This document shows, piece by piece, positions 38,118 through 50,953 of a DNA stretch of 64,000 nt; within the stretch, counting starts at the first letter, position 1, and every line of letters begins with the position of its first letter. A program made the translations under genes and the position numbers. Below the pieces are notes generated by a model that was not told the origin of the DNA, searched no databases, and saw nothing but the letters and a program-made list of their open reading frames with translations. Source of the DNA: Octopus vulgaris (lineage: Eukaryota); assembly GCA_951406725.2 (NCBI GenBank), contig OX597820.1, forward strand, positions 106,578,001 to 106,642,000, written 5' to 3'.

Positions 38118-38336
38118 GGAAGGTGGCGAGCTGGCAGAATCATTAGCATGTTCAGCAAAATGCTTGAGCAGTATTTCGCCTGTCTTTATGTTCTGAGTTC
38201 AAATGCTGCAGGGGTCAAGTTTGCTTTTCATCGTTTCAGGGTCGATAAATTAAGTACCAGTGAGACAGTGGGAGTCAATGTAATTGACTGTTCCCCTCCT
38301 CCAAAATTTCAGGCCTTGTGTCTATAGTAGAAAGGA
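38118..38336 (+). mobile_element. tRNA-derived SINE with a Meta-domain-like core
   Basis: ggtggcgagctggcagaatc..ctgagttcaaat..ttttcatcgtttcagggtcgataaattaagtaccag; same family as 12070-12722. Confidence 0.75.
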
Positions 38337-41300
38337 TTTGATTGTTCTGGTCTAAACATTAGTTGGTAAGAATAGAAGTCATTTGACGACACCCTTTTGT
38401 TTGTAATTAGCTATCCTGTAGCATGTTCAATTCGAGGAATATTGAATTAATATCCATCTTGTCCATTCCACAGAATAAGATTATACTGGAAAGAATCATA
38501 AGAGGGTCAAGTCTATGAAACACATTTAAGTTTGTTATGTTGAACACATGAGAATATCATGATTTTCAATGAGATCACCAACTATAAAGATGGCTACTTC
38601 ATTAGATGTAGGCTCATTAAAACAGCATAAAATGTTCTTTATAGTTTACTATAGACATAATGAATGCAGAAAAACGCAAACACAATCATAGAATTGATAA
38701 TATTGAAAACAGCAGTTATCACAAAAATGTATGCATACTGACAGACATATACACTGTCACACACATATACTTGTCAGTCATCAGCCTAACGTAGGTAACA
38801 ACATGCAAACACACTCATATATTTAGTTGATAGCCAAAAGCTTACTTAATCTTTTGATACCTCTTATATCAAAATTGGCAACTCGATTTTGGAAATGCAA
38901 AAGGAACATGCAAGCACACAAACACACACTCTCTTTTATAGTTTTAGATTAGTTAGAAGAGAAGTGGGAAAGGATAATGCTTATGACCTTTGTAAAGCTT
39001 CTCACATTGGGGAGATTGAAATGGTTAATAACCAACCTGAATATCTGCAGGAAAAAACATAAGGAGGAAGGGAACCAAGAGTAGAGAAAAGGGAGGGATT
39101 TGTTTCCCTCAAATGCTTAAATTAGTACAAACTCTCCTGAAAACCAAGTGGGGATGTTGGACTAGACTGCGTTTTATGTGTACCACTCCAAAACACTGTT
39201 TAACTCATATAACACCAATTCTCATATGTTTGACACCAACTCCCAAAACACTCATTTAACACTTCCACCAACCAATCCACCCACCCACCCCCATTCTGTA
39301 AAAGAAAACCTTTCATTTCAAAGTGTTCATGTTTAAATTAAAACTTTCCAACATAGATTTTATGTTAAATTATTTTATATTCCAAACACCAGCTTGACAA
39401 TGAAAAACTTATTTTACTAAATTCTTCCAATTTCTTAATTATTTTTGAAATGAATTGACATGCACAAGCAGTGTATTTCATAAGAGATGTGGCCATGAAA
39501 GGGTTAAAATAAATAAACATAAAACCACTGCTATATATTATTTTAATAACTGTTAAAAGAAGTTTAAATTTAAATTAAAACAAGACATGAAGCCTCCAAA
39601 AAATGCTGCAAATATTTACAAGAGAATATAACTTTCAAAAGGAATAAACCAGATATTATATTTCCCACCATATAAGTCACACACACCCCACTCCAAGGAA
39701 GGGGGTGTAAACCTGAAAATTATTCTGTATCTTATCACCTTAAGGTCAAGCTGTCAGGAGCTGGTTTACCAACTCTCTTTAACACTAAACATGACCTTAT
39801 AAGTGTAAAGTTACATTTTAGATGCAAGGAATGAAATCTTACCAGTTACATGATGGCATCATTATCCCATTTAAACAGCTAATGATACAGGAACTATGTA
39901 AACCTTAATATTGAAATTATTACAATTGAAATATATATATATTAAAACAAAAAAATTTATAATTATTCCAACATCAAGGTATTAATTACTAATACATGTA
40001 ACTCATTTCTATTAATGGGGTACTAATGATAGAGCATTAGACTAAAAGCCCTGAAATATAGAGTTTCGATCTTCTACAGTTTGAGTTCAAATCCCATAAA
40101 GACCACTATTGTTGCTTATATTCAGAGACTGATAAATTTACATTTGTAAACAATTCAAACAATACCTGCTTACCTACAAATTTAGCTTGGTGCATAATGA
40201 AGAGAGATTAAATAGTTAACCCTTTTGATACCAACCTTCCCATGACTGCCATTGGTCCTATGATACAAATATCCTATCTTAAAGAGGTCTCAGTTAAAAC
40301 CTTCAGTCAAAATGTTAATTTATGTCCCAAACACCACCTTAATTTAAACAAAGATAGAAATATGGAAACAAAAGGGTTATAAACCTTGATATTATAGCTT
40401 TCATAATAGAAATGGGTAGGAGTGTCTAGTTTTAAGTATGATATGGCAGTTGAGCTAGGTTTAGTGATGATAATCTCAAAGCTTCCATTACAGTCACTTA
40501 GGGGTTACACAATATCAGGTGCTAAATTTCACATTCTACAGGATACTACTTCATTACCTTCAATAACAAAATGCACACACATTCATCATTACCACCAGCA
40601 GAAATTATATCCCTTGAAAAAATAGCAAACTACATCCCACATAAAATTAGTCCATTAAACTAGGAGACTTTTTTGAAGCCTAAATAAAATCCTAGAAACA
40701 AACTCCTTTAATTTTCAATGGTAAACTGTGTACTGATGTAGAGTACTTTCAGCTAGTCAAGTACCATCAGAGGGACAGGAAAAAAGACAGATTAAGTTCT
40801 CTATAAAAAAAAAAAAAAAGGACAATGGCATGATCCGGTCAGAACCCTGATTAATGTTAGTCCAGTCACAACCATTTCATATTTTTTTGGACACTGTGTA
40901 CCCCGCTCAGGCTACATTAGCCAATGTATCTTTCCTGTTTTAAGACAGTAGTGTTCAATTTGAGGAAGATTTGATCTCTATTTCTAATAGTACATGTAAC
41001 CACATAGATTCCCTCATTGGTTCATTTCAAGATTGAAGCAGTGGAGGACATAACTAATCAAGGTATTGATATGGAAATCTTAAAGAGAGAAATTTCCTTT
41101 GGCCAGTAGTACTTAGAACAAAGGGCTGCATGATAGGTGATGGAATTAGAAAAAAAGAAACAAAAGATGAATGGTAATAGTAGCAGGTCAATGCAATACA
41201 TTGGTGAAGTACTTACATCTTAAAGGACATAATCAACAAAATTAATGATAGCAAAAACAGGGGCACAAAACAGTATAATAATGGGACTAGGTTAATAAGA

Positions 41301-41884
41301 TCTTTTTTCACAATATGCTCTAAGATGCCTAATATAAAAACAAAATACATGCAGCCCTTATGATTCTTTGTACAATTTCTATTTCCACTTATGCGTGTAG
41401 AATGAAATAGTTTTGTGTCTATGTACACAGGCACTCTTCAAGATTCATGATTATAATCATTATTATTCAATGTCTGGCATAGATTCGAAGGTTTGAGAGG
41501 ATACAACAAACCAGAGGAGTATGCTGAGCTCTACTATAGGTGTGTGTGTGTGTAGAATGAAATAGTTGTGTATGTGTGCATACAGGTAGTCCTCAAAATT
41601 CTTGCATTCAAATCACCCTTTGTTCTATATGTGTTATATGAAATGGTAGCTTTGTGCTTATATACAAGAAGTCCTCAAGAGTCATCTGTTCAAATTTCAT
41701 ACACCTCAGACTTTCAAATGCATGACTTTTATTGAACTTCCATTATATTTAGATTTTGTAGAAATTGATAAGTTTTTCTCAGAACCAATATATACTTTGT
41801 CTATGAAAAGAAAGCTAAATCACTTGCATACAATTTCATTAATGTTTAACAATATGGGTGCAATAACAATATAAATAACAATAT

Positions 41885-42023
41885 AGGTTTTGTGGTAAGA
41901 AGTTTGCTTTCCAACTACATGGTTCCAGGTTCAGTCCCACTGCATGATACCTTGGGCAAGTATCTCTGATTTTTGACCCAAGCTAACCAAACCCCTGTAA
42001 GTGAATTTGGTAAACAGAAACGG

Positions 42024-42063
<40 letters not shown>

Positions 42064-42310
42064 AAGTGCACACATACATGCACATGTTCATGTCTCCTTA
42101 TCTGGACATCACATGATAATTGTAAAATAATTTTCACTCTCATACAAGCAGTATCATTCATTTCCAATATTCTACAAGAACATATCTGGCTTTGCTTGGA
42201 AACATGAGGGTTGGCAACAGGAAGACCATCATGCCACAGAAAATTTGCCTCAATAAATTCTGTCCAACCCGTGCAAGTATAGAAATGTAGACATTAAATG
42301 ATGATGATGA
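41885..42310 (+). mobile_element. tRNA-derived SINE with internal (TG)n and RTE-type tail
   Basis: gtggtaagaagtttgc..ttcagtcccactgc..ccttgggcaagt..(tg)n..ggcaacaggaag..acattaaatgatgatgat. Confidence 0.8.
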
Positions 42311-44013
42311 ATATATAAGTATGAATGTTCGTATGTGTGTGCCTGTCCTGTAAAGCAGTTATATTCAGTTTGATTGTTTTGTGTTCATTGCTATTGAAAG
42401 TCAAACTGCAAAAACTGACTTATTTTTGAAAGTATTGAATATTAATATTTTCAAAGTTCACAGCTAAAGGCAGCACTTGTCATGGATGCTACAGTAATTA
42501 TTTGAATTGCAGAAACTTAATGGCTACTGAGACAGACTGCCTCGCTCTGCACTGTCTGGCCAGTTCAACATGAGAAACTGAGTATGGAATAAACCATGAA
42601 GACAACAAAGTGCACATCAAGTTGAGTGGATCACAAGTTTATGAAACAACAATCTTTTTTTTTTTCTTTTACTTGTTTCAATCATTTGACAGACAGATAG
42701 ATAGATAGATAGACACATACATATGCATTTATATACATATATAGATATTAATATAAAACAGGTCTTTATAGCTACATACTCTATTCTAACACCAACCAGT
42801 ATCTTAAAAACAAGGTTAATATCTATCTAATAGACAGGGGCACAGAAAATAATTAATTTAATTAAATACATCTTGCATAAAGGCATGTGACATATTGAGA
42901 AAACTCTAAATTGAAGTTTTTCTAATTCTTGGTGTTCAGACAACTTGTCATCAGATTATTTAGCTATCAGAAGTAGAGATCTTTGAAAATGAAATATTTA
43001 TGATACTAAAATATGTATATATTATTTGCCTGTACATCTATTATCCATTCACAAAAGATATATATCAATCAAAAATACTAGTCACACTTCAAAGATGAGC
43101 AGTTAGTTTAGAGAAAACAGCCTCCAACAAACTACAAAAACACTAACACTAACAATTCTTGCAAATATTTGCAACTGCAGACAGCATGCTAAAAATAACT
43201 ACTAAATTCTTGTGGCCACTGTCATACCATTTGATTGATCTATTTAAATGTTCAATGAAAATCCATATCTCACAGTCCCAATAAGAACTGGAATTATCAA
43301 CATTTCAAACATCATCATCTGATCATTATTTTTACATTTGCTATTTCCATGCTGGTATGCATTGGACAAGACTTATTAAAGCAGTAGCCTATAGCTGAAT
43401 ACCTTTCTTAATGCCAACCCTTAGTTGTTTTCAAGAGACTTTATTCCACATTTTTGCATGTCAAACCACTAAACAGAACACATTGTTTATAGAGAATATA
43501 AACAACACTACTGCATTTGCAAAGGCTCAAGAAGACACACATACACACAGGTGCAGGCATGGCTGTGTGGTTTTGGGTTCAGTCCTACTGCAAGTGATCT
43601 TTGTGAAGTGACTTCTACTACAGCCTTGGACTAACCAAAGCCCAAGGTTGAAGTAGAATGGTATTCATTTCAAATATTCTGGAAAACATGTCAGATCATG
43701 GGGAAATATTACCTTACTTGGAAACATGTAAGAGATGCATTCACACACACAGAAAAATTGCCTCAATAAATTCAGTCCAACATATACAAGCATAGAAAAG
43801 TTGGTATTGATCACACACACACACTTATGAACTTCCATATAGTTTCTGTCAACCAACTTTCACTAATAAGGTATTGGTCAACTGAAGGCTAAATGTCAAA
43901 TGACGACATTTGCCAAAAATGATACACTCGGATTGAACCAAAAATCATGTGGATTGCAAAGTGAACTTCCTAATTACACAAGATGCCTGCAAGTTGAACC
44001 CTTTAAACATTGA

Positions 44014-44220
44014 TTACTCTCTTTACTCATTTACGTGTTTCAGTCATTTGACTGCGGCCATGCTGGAGCACCGCCTTTAGTCGAGCAAATCGACCCCGGG
44101 ACTTATTCTTTGTAAGCCCAGTACTTATTCTATCGGTCTCTTTTGCCGAACCACTAAGTGACGGGGACATAAACATACCAGCATCGGTTGTCAAGCAATG
44201 CTAGGGGGACAAACACAGAC

Positions 44221-44278
<58 letters not shown>

Positions 44279-44440
44279 GACAGGATTCTTTCAGTTTCCG
44301 TCTACCAAATCCACTCACAAGGCATTGGTCGGCCCGGGGCTATAGCAGAAGACACTTGCCCAAGATGCCACGCAGTGGGACTGAACCTGCAACCATGTGG
44401 TTGGTTAGCAATCTACTTACCACACAGCCACTCCTGCGCC
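44014..44440 (-). mobile_element. Young full-length tRNA-derived SINE with CR1-type tail, inserted in a TTAA MITE (about 43995-44636)
   Basis: Minus strand ggcgcaggagtggctgtgtggtaag..ggttcagtcccactgcgtggcatcttgggcaagtgtc..(TA/TG)n..ggcggtgctccagcatggccgcagtcaaatgactgaaac; CpGs are preserved. Confidence 0.88.
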
Positions 44441-44869
44441 TGTCAAATGTAACGCTTACGCATTCACATTGTTTTCAATTGATCATGTAGCTTCAAGATT
44501 TCAATGATGTGATAGTTCATTTTTCAGAATGACATGGTAGGAAAGGAGAGAGAGAGAGAAGTTGGATTTTGACTGAACATAGTACAAGGAAACTATTTGG
44601 GGTTTAACAAGGTCACTTTAAATGCTAAAGGGTTAATATAAAATTCTGAAATGAGTTGTTAGTAATAGATTATTAGCCGTAACATTAGAAATGAAAAGTA
44701 ATTTTCATTTTTAAGACTTCAACATTGACAGTCCCAAACTTATATTTAAAAATATGGGAAGTAACAACAAACAAGTTTGTGTGAAAATATAATTATTTTT
44801 TCAATAGACTGTACAATAGTAATTCGGATAAAATACAATTTCTATTATTATTATTATAACTATTGTTAC

Positions 44870-44902
<33 letters not shown>

Positions 44903-44977
44903 ATAAATGCTTTCTCATGGGATTTGGGATAGTTTGAAAAAGAAACAGTCACGAATAAGTACAAAACTTAAAATTAA

Positions 44978-45077
44978 NNNNNNNNNNNNNNNNNNNNNNN
45001 NNNNNNNNNNNNNNNNNNNNNNNNNNNNNNNNNNNNNNNNNNNNNNNNNNNNNNNNNNNNNNNNNNNNNNNNNNNNN
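44978..45077. other. Assembly gap (100 N)
   Basis: Run of n. Confidence 1.
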
Positions 45078-46432
45078 CCAACTGGAAGTCGATTGAGAAA
45101 GAGATCCTCAAACAGGATTGGCCTGAATGTCTCTCCACACCGGACATAAACATGAAACACAAACACTTCATGTCCATAATACAAGCCATATGTGACAAAT
45201 ATGTCCCAATGTGCAGGGCCAGCACACACAAGAATAAAAACAGGATCCCTAGAGAAAGGAGGATTCTTATGAGACGACGGACAAGGATTGCAAACCGCCT
45301 GAGCAAGCACACCAAAAGTGGTGAGAAGTCTCGGCTCGAAAGAATGCTAATGGAAACTGAGAAAAGTCTACATCAGTCCCATGAAAAGGAGAGAGCAGAT
45401 AAAGAAGCTTGGGTAATAGAAAATATAAAATCAAACCCTAAAGCTTTCTTTAAGTTTGCCAAAGAGACAGCCACAGTGCACCAGAGAATAGGACCTCTCT
45501 TCCAAAAAGATGGCTCTCTCACAGGAAATCCCACGAGGATAAGTGAAATACTGAACGAACAGTTCCAAAGTGTATTCACTACACCTCTAGGACACAGGCA
45601 AGTAAACAACCCAGAAGAATTCTTTGCCACTTTACCAGCGGCCAAAGAGACAAAAATTGAGTACATCAACATCGAAGAAGATGATATCACACTAGCCATT
45701 GATGAGATTGACACAAACTCAGCTGCTGGACCTGATGGATTCCCAGCGATCCTTCTCAAATCGTGCAAACGAGCCCTTGCAAAACCGCTACAGCTTCTTT
45801 TCAGAGCTTTCTTGCAAGTGGTAAGCTCCCAGTCAAACTGAAAGAGGGGGTAATATGCCCTATCCATAAGGGAGGTAGCAGAGCAGATGCTAAAAATTAT
45901 AGGCCTATCTCTCTGACCTCACACATCAGCAAAGTCATGGAACGAATAGTCCGTAAGAAACTAATCATGTTCCTTGAAGAAAATGACTTACTGTCTGACA
46001 CCCAGCATGGATTTCGACCAGGTAGAGGCTGCCTAACACAGCTCCTGCAACACTATGACTGGGTGTTGAAACAGCTACTAAATGGCTCAAATGTGGATGT
46101 AATATATCTTGACTTTGCAAAAGCCTTTGATAAAGTCGACCATGGTATGATCTGTCACAAACTGCGTGGTCTCGGCATAGGCGGGAAACTTGGAGAGTGG
46201 CTGCACAACTTCCTAAAAGACAGAAAACAGGCAGTTGTGAGCAATGGAGCCACCTCCAGGGAAACGCAAATAACAAGCGGTGTCCCACAGGGCACTGTCT
46301 TGGGGCCACTGATGTTCATAGTGGCCCTTTCAGACATGCCTTCAGTTGCTACGATGACCACCCTTGCTAGCTATGCAGATGACACAAAGGTCTCCCACGC
46401 AATACAGAACCCTGAAAATATTGCGCATCTGC
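45078..46432 (+). mobile_element. CR1/jockey-group LINE ORF2 fragment (same family as 9257-10810), flanked by gaps
   Basis: IKSNPKAFF, SAAGPDGFPA, NYRPISLTSHISKVMER, YLDFAKAFDKVDH, SGVPQGTVLGP and YADD, with one frameshift near 45800. Confidence 0.93.
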
Positions 46433-46532
46433 NNNNNNNNNNNNNNNNNNNNNNNNNNNNNNNNNNNNNNNNNNNNNNNNNNNNNNNNNNNNNNNNNNNN
46501 NNNNNNNNNNNNNNNNNNNNNNNNNNNNNNNN
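46433..46532. other. Assembly gap (100 N)
   Basis: Run of n. Confidence 1.
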
Positions 46533-49401
46533 GGTAGAAATTCCATCTTAAAGTCATAATTTAGCAGGATCGTCCCCCAGCGTGCAATTGGTTGGCTGTA
46601 TGTGTGGGGATACCCTTTTTTCAATCCATAAATTGACAACAATGGGCAGTGATCTGTTTGCAGACTTGAATTTCCTTCCATGTATGAATTTGTGAAATTT
46701 TTTCACCACAAAAATAATGGTTAATGCCTCTTTCTCAATTTGGCTGTAGTTTTTTCAGCCGCCAACAGTGAACATGAAGCATGAGCGATGGATTTTGGGC
46801 TACTATTTTCATACTTGTATAAAATTACCGCTCATATACCACTTTTGCTAGTATCTGATGCTACTACTATTTTTAAATAAATACACCTACATGATCTAAA
46901 GTCTGGCCCTGTGCCTTGCTTGCTGTGAATTTGGATCAAAGTGCAATAATGACAGTTCCTATGTTAAAACTTTAATTTCTTCGAATGCAAACCAATACCA
47001 TTTAATGTCTTTTTTCAATAGGTTGCTTAGGGGTGCTCTTAGCTCATGCATCATGTATATGTTTGGTAATAGTTTGTGAACCCCAAGAATGCTTGTAACG
47101 TAATATAATATTTTTTAGGCATATCTTAAAGGATTGCAGTGGCTTGAACCATTTTTATCGATAACTTGCACTTGCCCAGATACTTTATTTCTGGCATGAA
47201 AAATTTGCATTTTCCCTTGCTAAGCTAAGTTTAAATCCATACTCCTTTATTCTTTCAAAGACCTTTTTAACATGTTCTTCATGCTGGCCTCAAGACTCAC
47301 GTTTTACAAGTATGTCATCCAGGTAAGCTATAGCAAAATCCGTATCTGCAAGCATAGTATCCATCACCTGTTGGAAAATACTAGGCACCACCTTTATCCC
47401 AAAAGGAAGTTGATTGAATTTATATAAACCTTTATGGGTGTTTATTGTTAATAATTTCAACATTCCTCAACTTGTAACTGTAAATACACCTCCGACAAGT
47501 CCAACTTAGAAAAAAATTTTCTTCCATTTGTTTCACAAAAATTTCCTCCAGACTTAGTAATGGGTAATTGTACATCATCAAACATTCGTTCAAGCCTGTT
47601 GAAAAGTCAGTGCATACTCGCATTTTATTTTTTTTTTTTCTTTACATAAACAGTTGGTGATGCTCATTCTGAATAATCACTTTTTCTATAACTCCAACTT
47701 TTCAACTCTATCCAATTCCTCGTTGACTTGATTCAACGCTACAAAATGGTACAGCTCGCTTCAGTCTAGATACTGGTACAGCATTTCTTTCACTTGAAAT
47801 TTTACTTTTGTCTTGGTGCACCCACCTAATTCTTCAGAAAAAAACATCAGGAAAAACCTTTTTTAATTTCATTTTTAGATCCTCCGATGCCTTATTTGAA
47901 CTGGCATAAGAACCGTTCACATTATTACAAAAAAATATAAAAATATATATAGGTCCCATAAATTAAATAGTTCCATCCAGTCCGTGCCAAATAGGATTGT
48001 TGTATTTTTTAATACAAAAACTTTGACTTTCAAAGTTTTTCTATGAAATGTCCCCTCACTTATCATTTAGACCAAAAATTGCAACTGTTTCCCTGAAACA
48101 CCTTGCGCAATTTTCAAAATTTTTTTCAATGTAGGCTTTCCAATTTTTCCCCATGTATCATCATTAATTATTATGATATCACTACCTTGTGTCCATCTGT
48201 AGTCTCATATTTCCATTATTTATTTTCCTTTTTGTGCCTCAGTTTGCATTTGTGTTGACAATACATTTTTTTCTCGAATTCTTTCATTTGACCTTTTTTG
48301 TTTCACCCAACAATGTGAATTCTTATGTCCGATTTTTCCACATCCAGAACATTTTAGAATTTCAAATGGACAGCTTCTTTTAAAATGTATTTCTCCACAC
48401 CCATAGCATAGTTTTGGTCCTGTTACAGGTTGACATATGTATATTTGAATAATTTTTTTCAATTTTTTCTGTGTCCTGTCATAAATTTATAATCCTTTGG
48501 CATTCTTCAGCTACTGCCTGTAGAGTTAGTTTCAAATCTTGTTCTAGTTTTGTCCAATATCTGAGCCCGTATCTCTGCATCTTTGCTTGCAGTTAATCTT
48601 TGTGCAAAGATTAGATATTTGAACATATCCAGGGTTAATTTCGTTTAGTTTCATTTTTTAACATTCTCTGTTTACAATTCCAACATACATGACAAAATCT
48701 TCAGTTTCTCTTTTTTTTTCAAATTCAAGCACTCCCAGAGAATATTAAACAGTGAACTTCTTTCCCTGAATATTCTAGATAACAGGTTGTTTCCTCAAAA
48801 CAAATTTCAGGTGGTTTTCTCAGCAGGATGTAATTACAATACTTTTTGTGATCAGCAGGTGACAATTTCCTTAAAAGAAGTTGTACCTTCTTTTCATCCA
48901 TCCAGTTTCTACATTCTGAAGTATGCAGAAAACATAATCCCTTCTTCTGGATTATAAATAAATTCTTCAATTGAATTAGCAACCCTGTCTGCCGAAAAAG
49001 AACCCGAAATGTTTTTGAACTGCAACAATAATTCCAACAACTGTTGATTTTGTTGATGTTGCTGTTCCTGTTGTTCTTGTTGTTGTTGTTGTAGTTGCCA
49101 TTGCAACTATACCATGGAAGCTAATAGGTCTTCCATGCTAAGAACGTCCACAGTGAGCTTCAAATGTCTCGTTGCCACTATCCTTGATTTTGGATATAGG
49201 TTACACTGTAACAGTGTCATAACACTACAAAAACTAAATCAGTAACAAACACATAAAAAACTTGTCTCTCTCTCAACGACTGCCTTCACAAATGTGACTG
49301 CATACACCACACTGTACCTCATACTGTCAGTACGCATACGCCTTTATAAGGTTTAGGACAGTTCACTTGCTATCCCACAAGGGTGTCAGGATTTCACAAC
49401 A
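46533..49401 (-). mobile_element. Degenerate Ty3/gypsy (K02A2.6/Mag-like) LTR retrotransposon: 5' LTR, PBS, gag, protease, RT, RNase H
   Basis: LTR starting TGTTG at 49401. PBS TGGCAACGAG at 49177-49168 (tRNA-Ser(GCU)-type TGGCGACGAG). Gag ATG at 49136 with a polyQ tract and two Cys/His knuckle-like motifs (CYGCGEIH..C, CSGCGKIGH..HC). RT LPFGIK..AYLDDIL and RNase H YSQIEKEAL..TDHCPL. Truncated by the gap. Confidence 0.9.
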
Positions 49402-49597
49402 CTTGCCTTAGCGTTTGTTGTCCTCTTTAACAAATATATATCTGCTATATCAGAAATCTACAATGGTCCCATAACTCATGTCTCGGCTGAGCTTGGAGCC
49501 TTGGTAATCCATTACAGCACTTATCCAGTGTACCTATTCATTTAGATCACCTGTGAACTAAACCCTCATATTTTGCGTGTGTATATACACACACACA

Positions 49598-50529
49598 CTA
49601 GCAAAGATACCCAGCATTGCTCAGGATTAAAAATAGCATAGTTTGTATATACAGTAAAATTGAAACATGTGATACGGGAAAGTGCAGCATTGACAACAAA
49701 ACATCTGTGGAGTAAATGATAGGTTAATTCGACTAAATGACATGTCATGCGTCTGTTTGGAGGATTCAGACCCTAACCTAACAAGAAAAAGTGGGGGTGG
49801 GGAACACACCAAAAAGTTCTCAGTGGATATACTCTCCTTTGCGGCTGTCAGTGCTGCCGCTACCACACCGAACAGCTACCAGACATAGGAACTCCATCTA
49901 TGTGATAAGCCCATGGTCATGCACAACAGCACCTCATGAAAAATCTACATGAAAGAAATGGCGTGAAAAAGGAGCAGGGGGCAAGGCAACACTTGAAATA
50001 AATGATGGGCATGTACTGCTGAATAAGTTATCCGATGAGTGTGTGTAAACGATTTGAAGTTGATGTTGTGGCCTGTGGAAGTTGTTTTGTTTGGCAGCAT
50101 CCCATTTTTGCCTCATTGCTGTTTCTACGATGAAGGAGGGACAATGTCACTGTCTTCCCACATCGTGTTGGTATATTGAAAAAGCAGCACTGAGCCTAAG
50201 TGGATTAATCACGCTCACACCTGAGGTTGTTTGCACTGCATTCTCCCCCGTGTTGTCACTTGGTTCACACCTGTTTGCCCAGAAACCATTCCCTTTCTTG
50301 ATTCTATGCCGGAGGGGGCACAACATAGAACTAAACAGGATGCAGCATGCCACAAAGATGTGAAGACACCATGCACTCTTATGTGTGAAAAGCTTGTATT
50401 CATTATAGTCCTGATGAAGTCCGCAGTGTAGTGGGTAAAACGTTGACATATAAAAACTTTTTGCTTTTGATTTAGATATTTTTTCTAGATATATTTCTCT
50501 CTGACTCAGCTATTTTATAATATAGGAGA
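49598..50529 (-). mobile_element. Non-autonomous Helitron
   Basis: Minus strand 5' TCTCCTATATTATAAAA at 50529. The 3' end has a decayed hairpin cctgagcaatgctggg followed by CTAG|T at 49601-49598, homologous to the 8047 end. Confidence 0.72.
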
Positions 50530-50789
50530 GGTAGAGAAATTACACCATAAAGAGCAATGTCCTTTGATCCAATGAAGCAACCAAGTTATGCAATCGTTCA
50601 TACTGTTTACCCAGGAAAGGTGGTTTTCTTCCCCCAGGTGCCCCATTACTCATTATGTGAAAAAATTTTAAGAGTCTAAAACCATCTCTAGAACATAAGT
50701 AATAGATGCCCCCAGTTTGGAGAAAATCAGTTGTGAACTTCAGAAATTCTGCAGGTTTACACACATCCTCACTTTTATATACATAGATA

Positions 50790-50953
50790 TGACAGGCTTC
50801 TTTCAGTTTTTGTCTACCAAATCCACTCACAAGGCTTTGATCAGCCCAAGGCTATAGTAGAAGACACTTGCTCAAGGTGCTATGCAGTGGAACTGGTCCT
50901 AGAACCATGATGTTGGAAAGCAAACTTCTTACTACACAGCCACACCTGCGCCT
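50790..50953 (-). mobile_element. tRNA-derived SINE head
   Basis: gacaggcttctttcagttt..ccactcacaaggcttt..gacacttgctcaagg..cacagccacacctgcgcc. Confidence 0.8.

Noticed and set aside
41213-41434. Hydrophobic ORF ending at a gtaagt donor as an alternative signal-peptide exon
   Set aside because: The donor is phase 2 in that frame, so it is out of frame with exon 2 and hits a stop; the phase-1 frame has an upstream TGA.
44380-44440. tRNA gene
   Set aside because: The A/B-box-like head continues into a SINE body repeated many times in the window; there is no complete cloverleaf.
48909-49106. PolyQ ORF as a cellular gene
   Set aside because: It lies directly after the PBS and is collinear with gag-pol remnants, so it is gypsy Gag.
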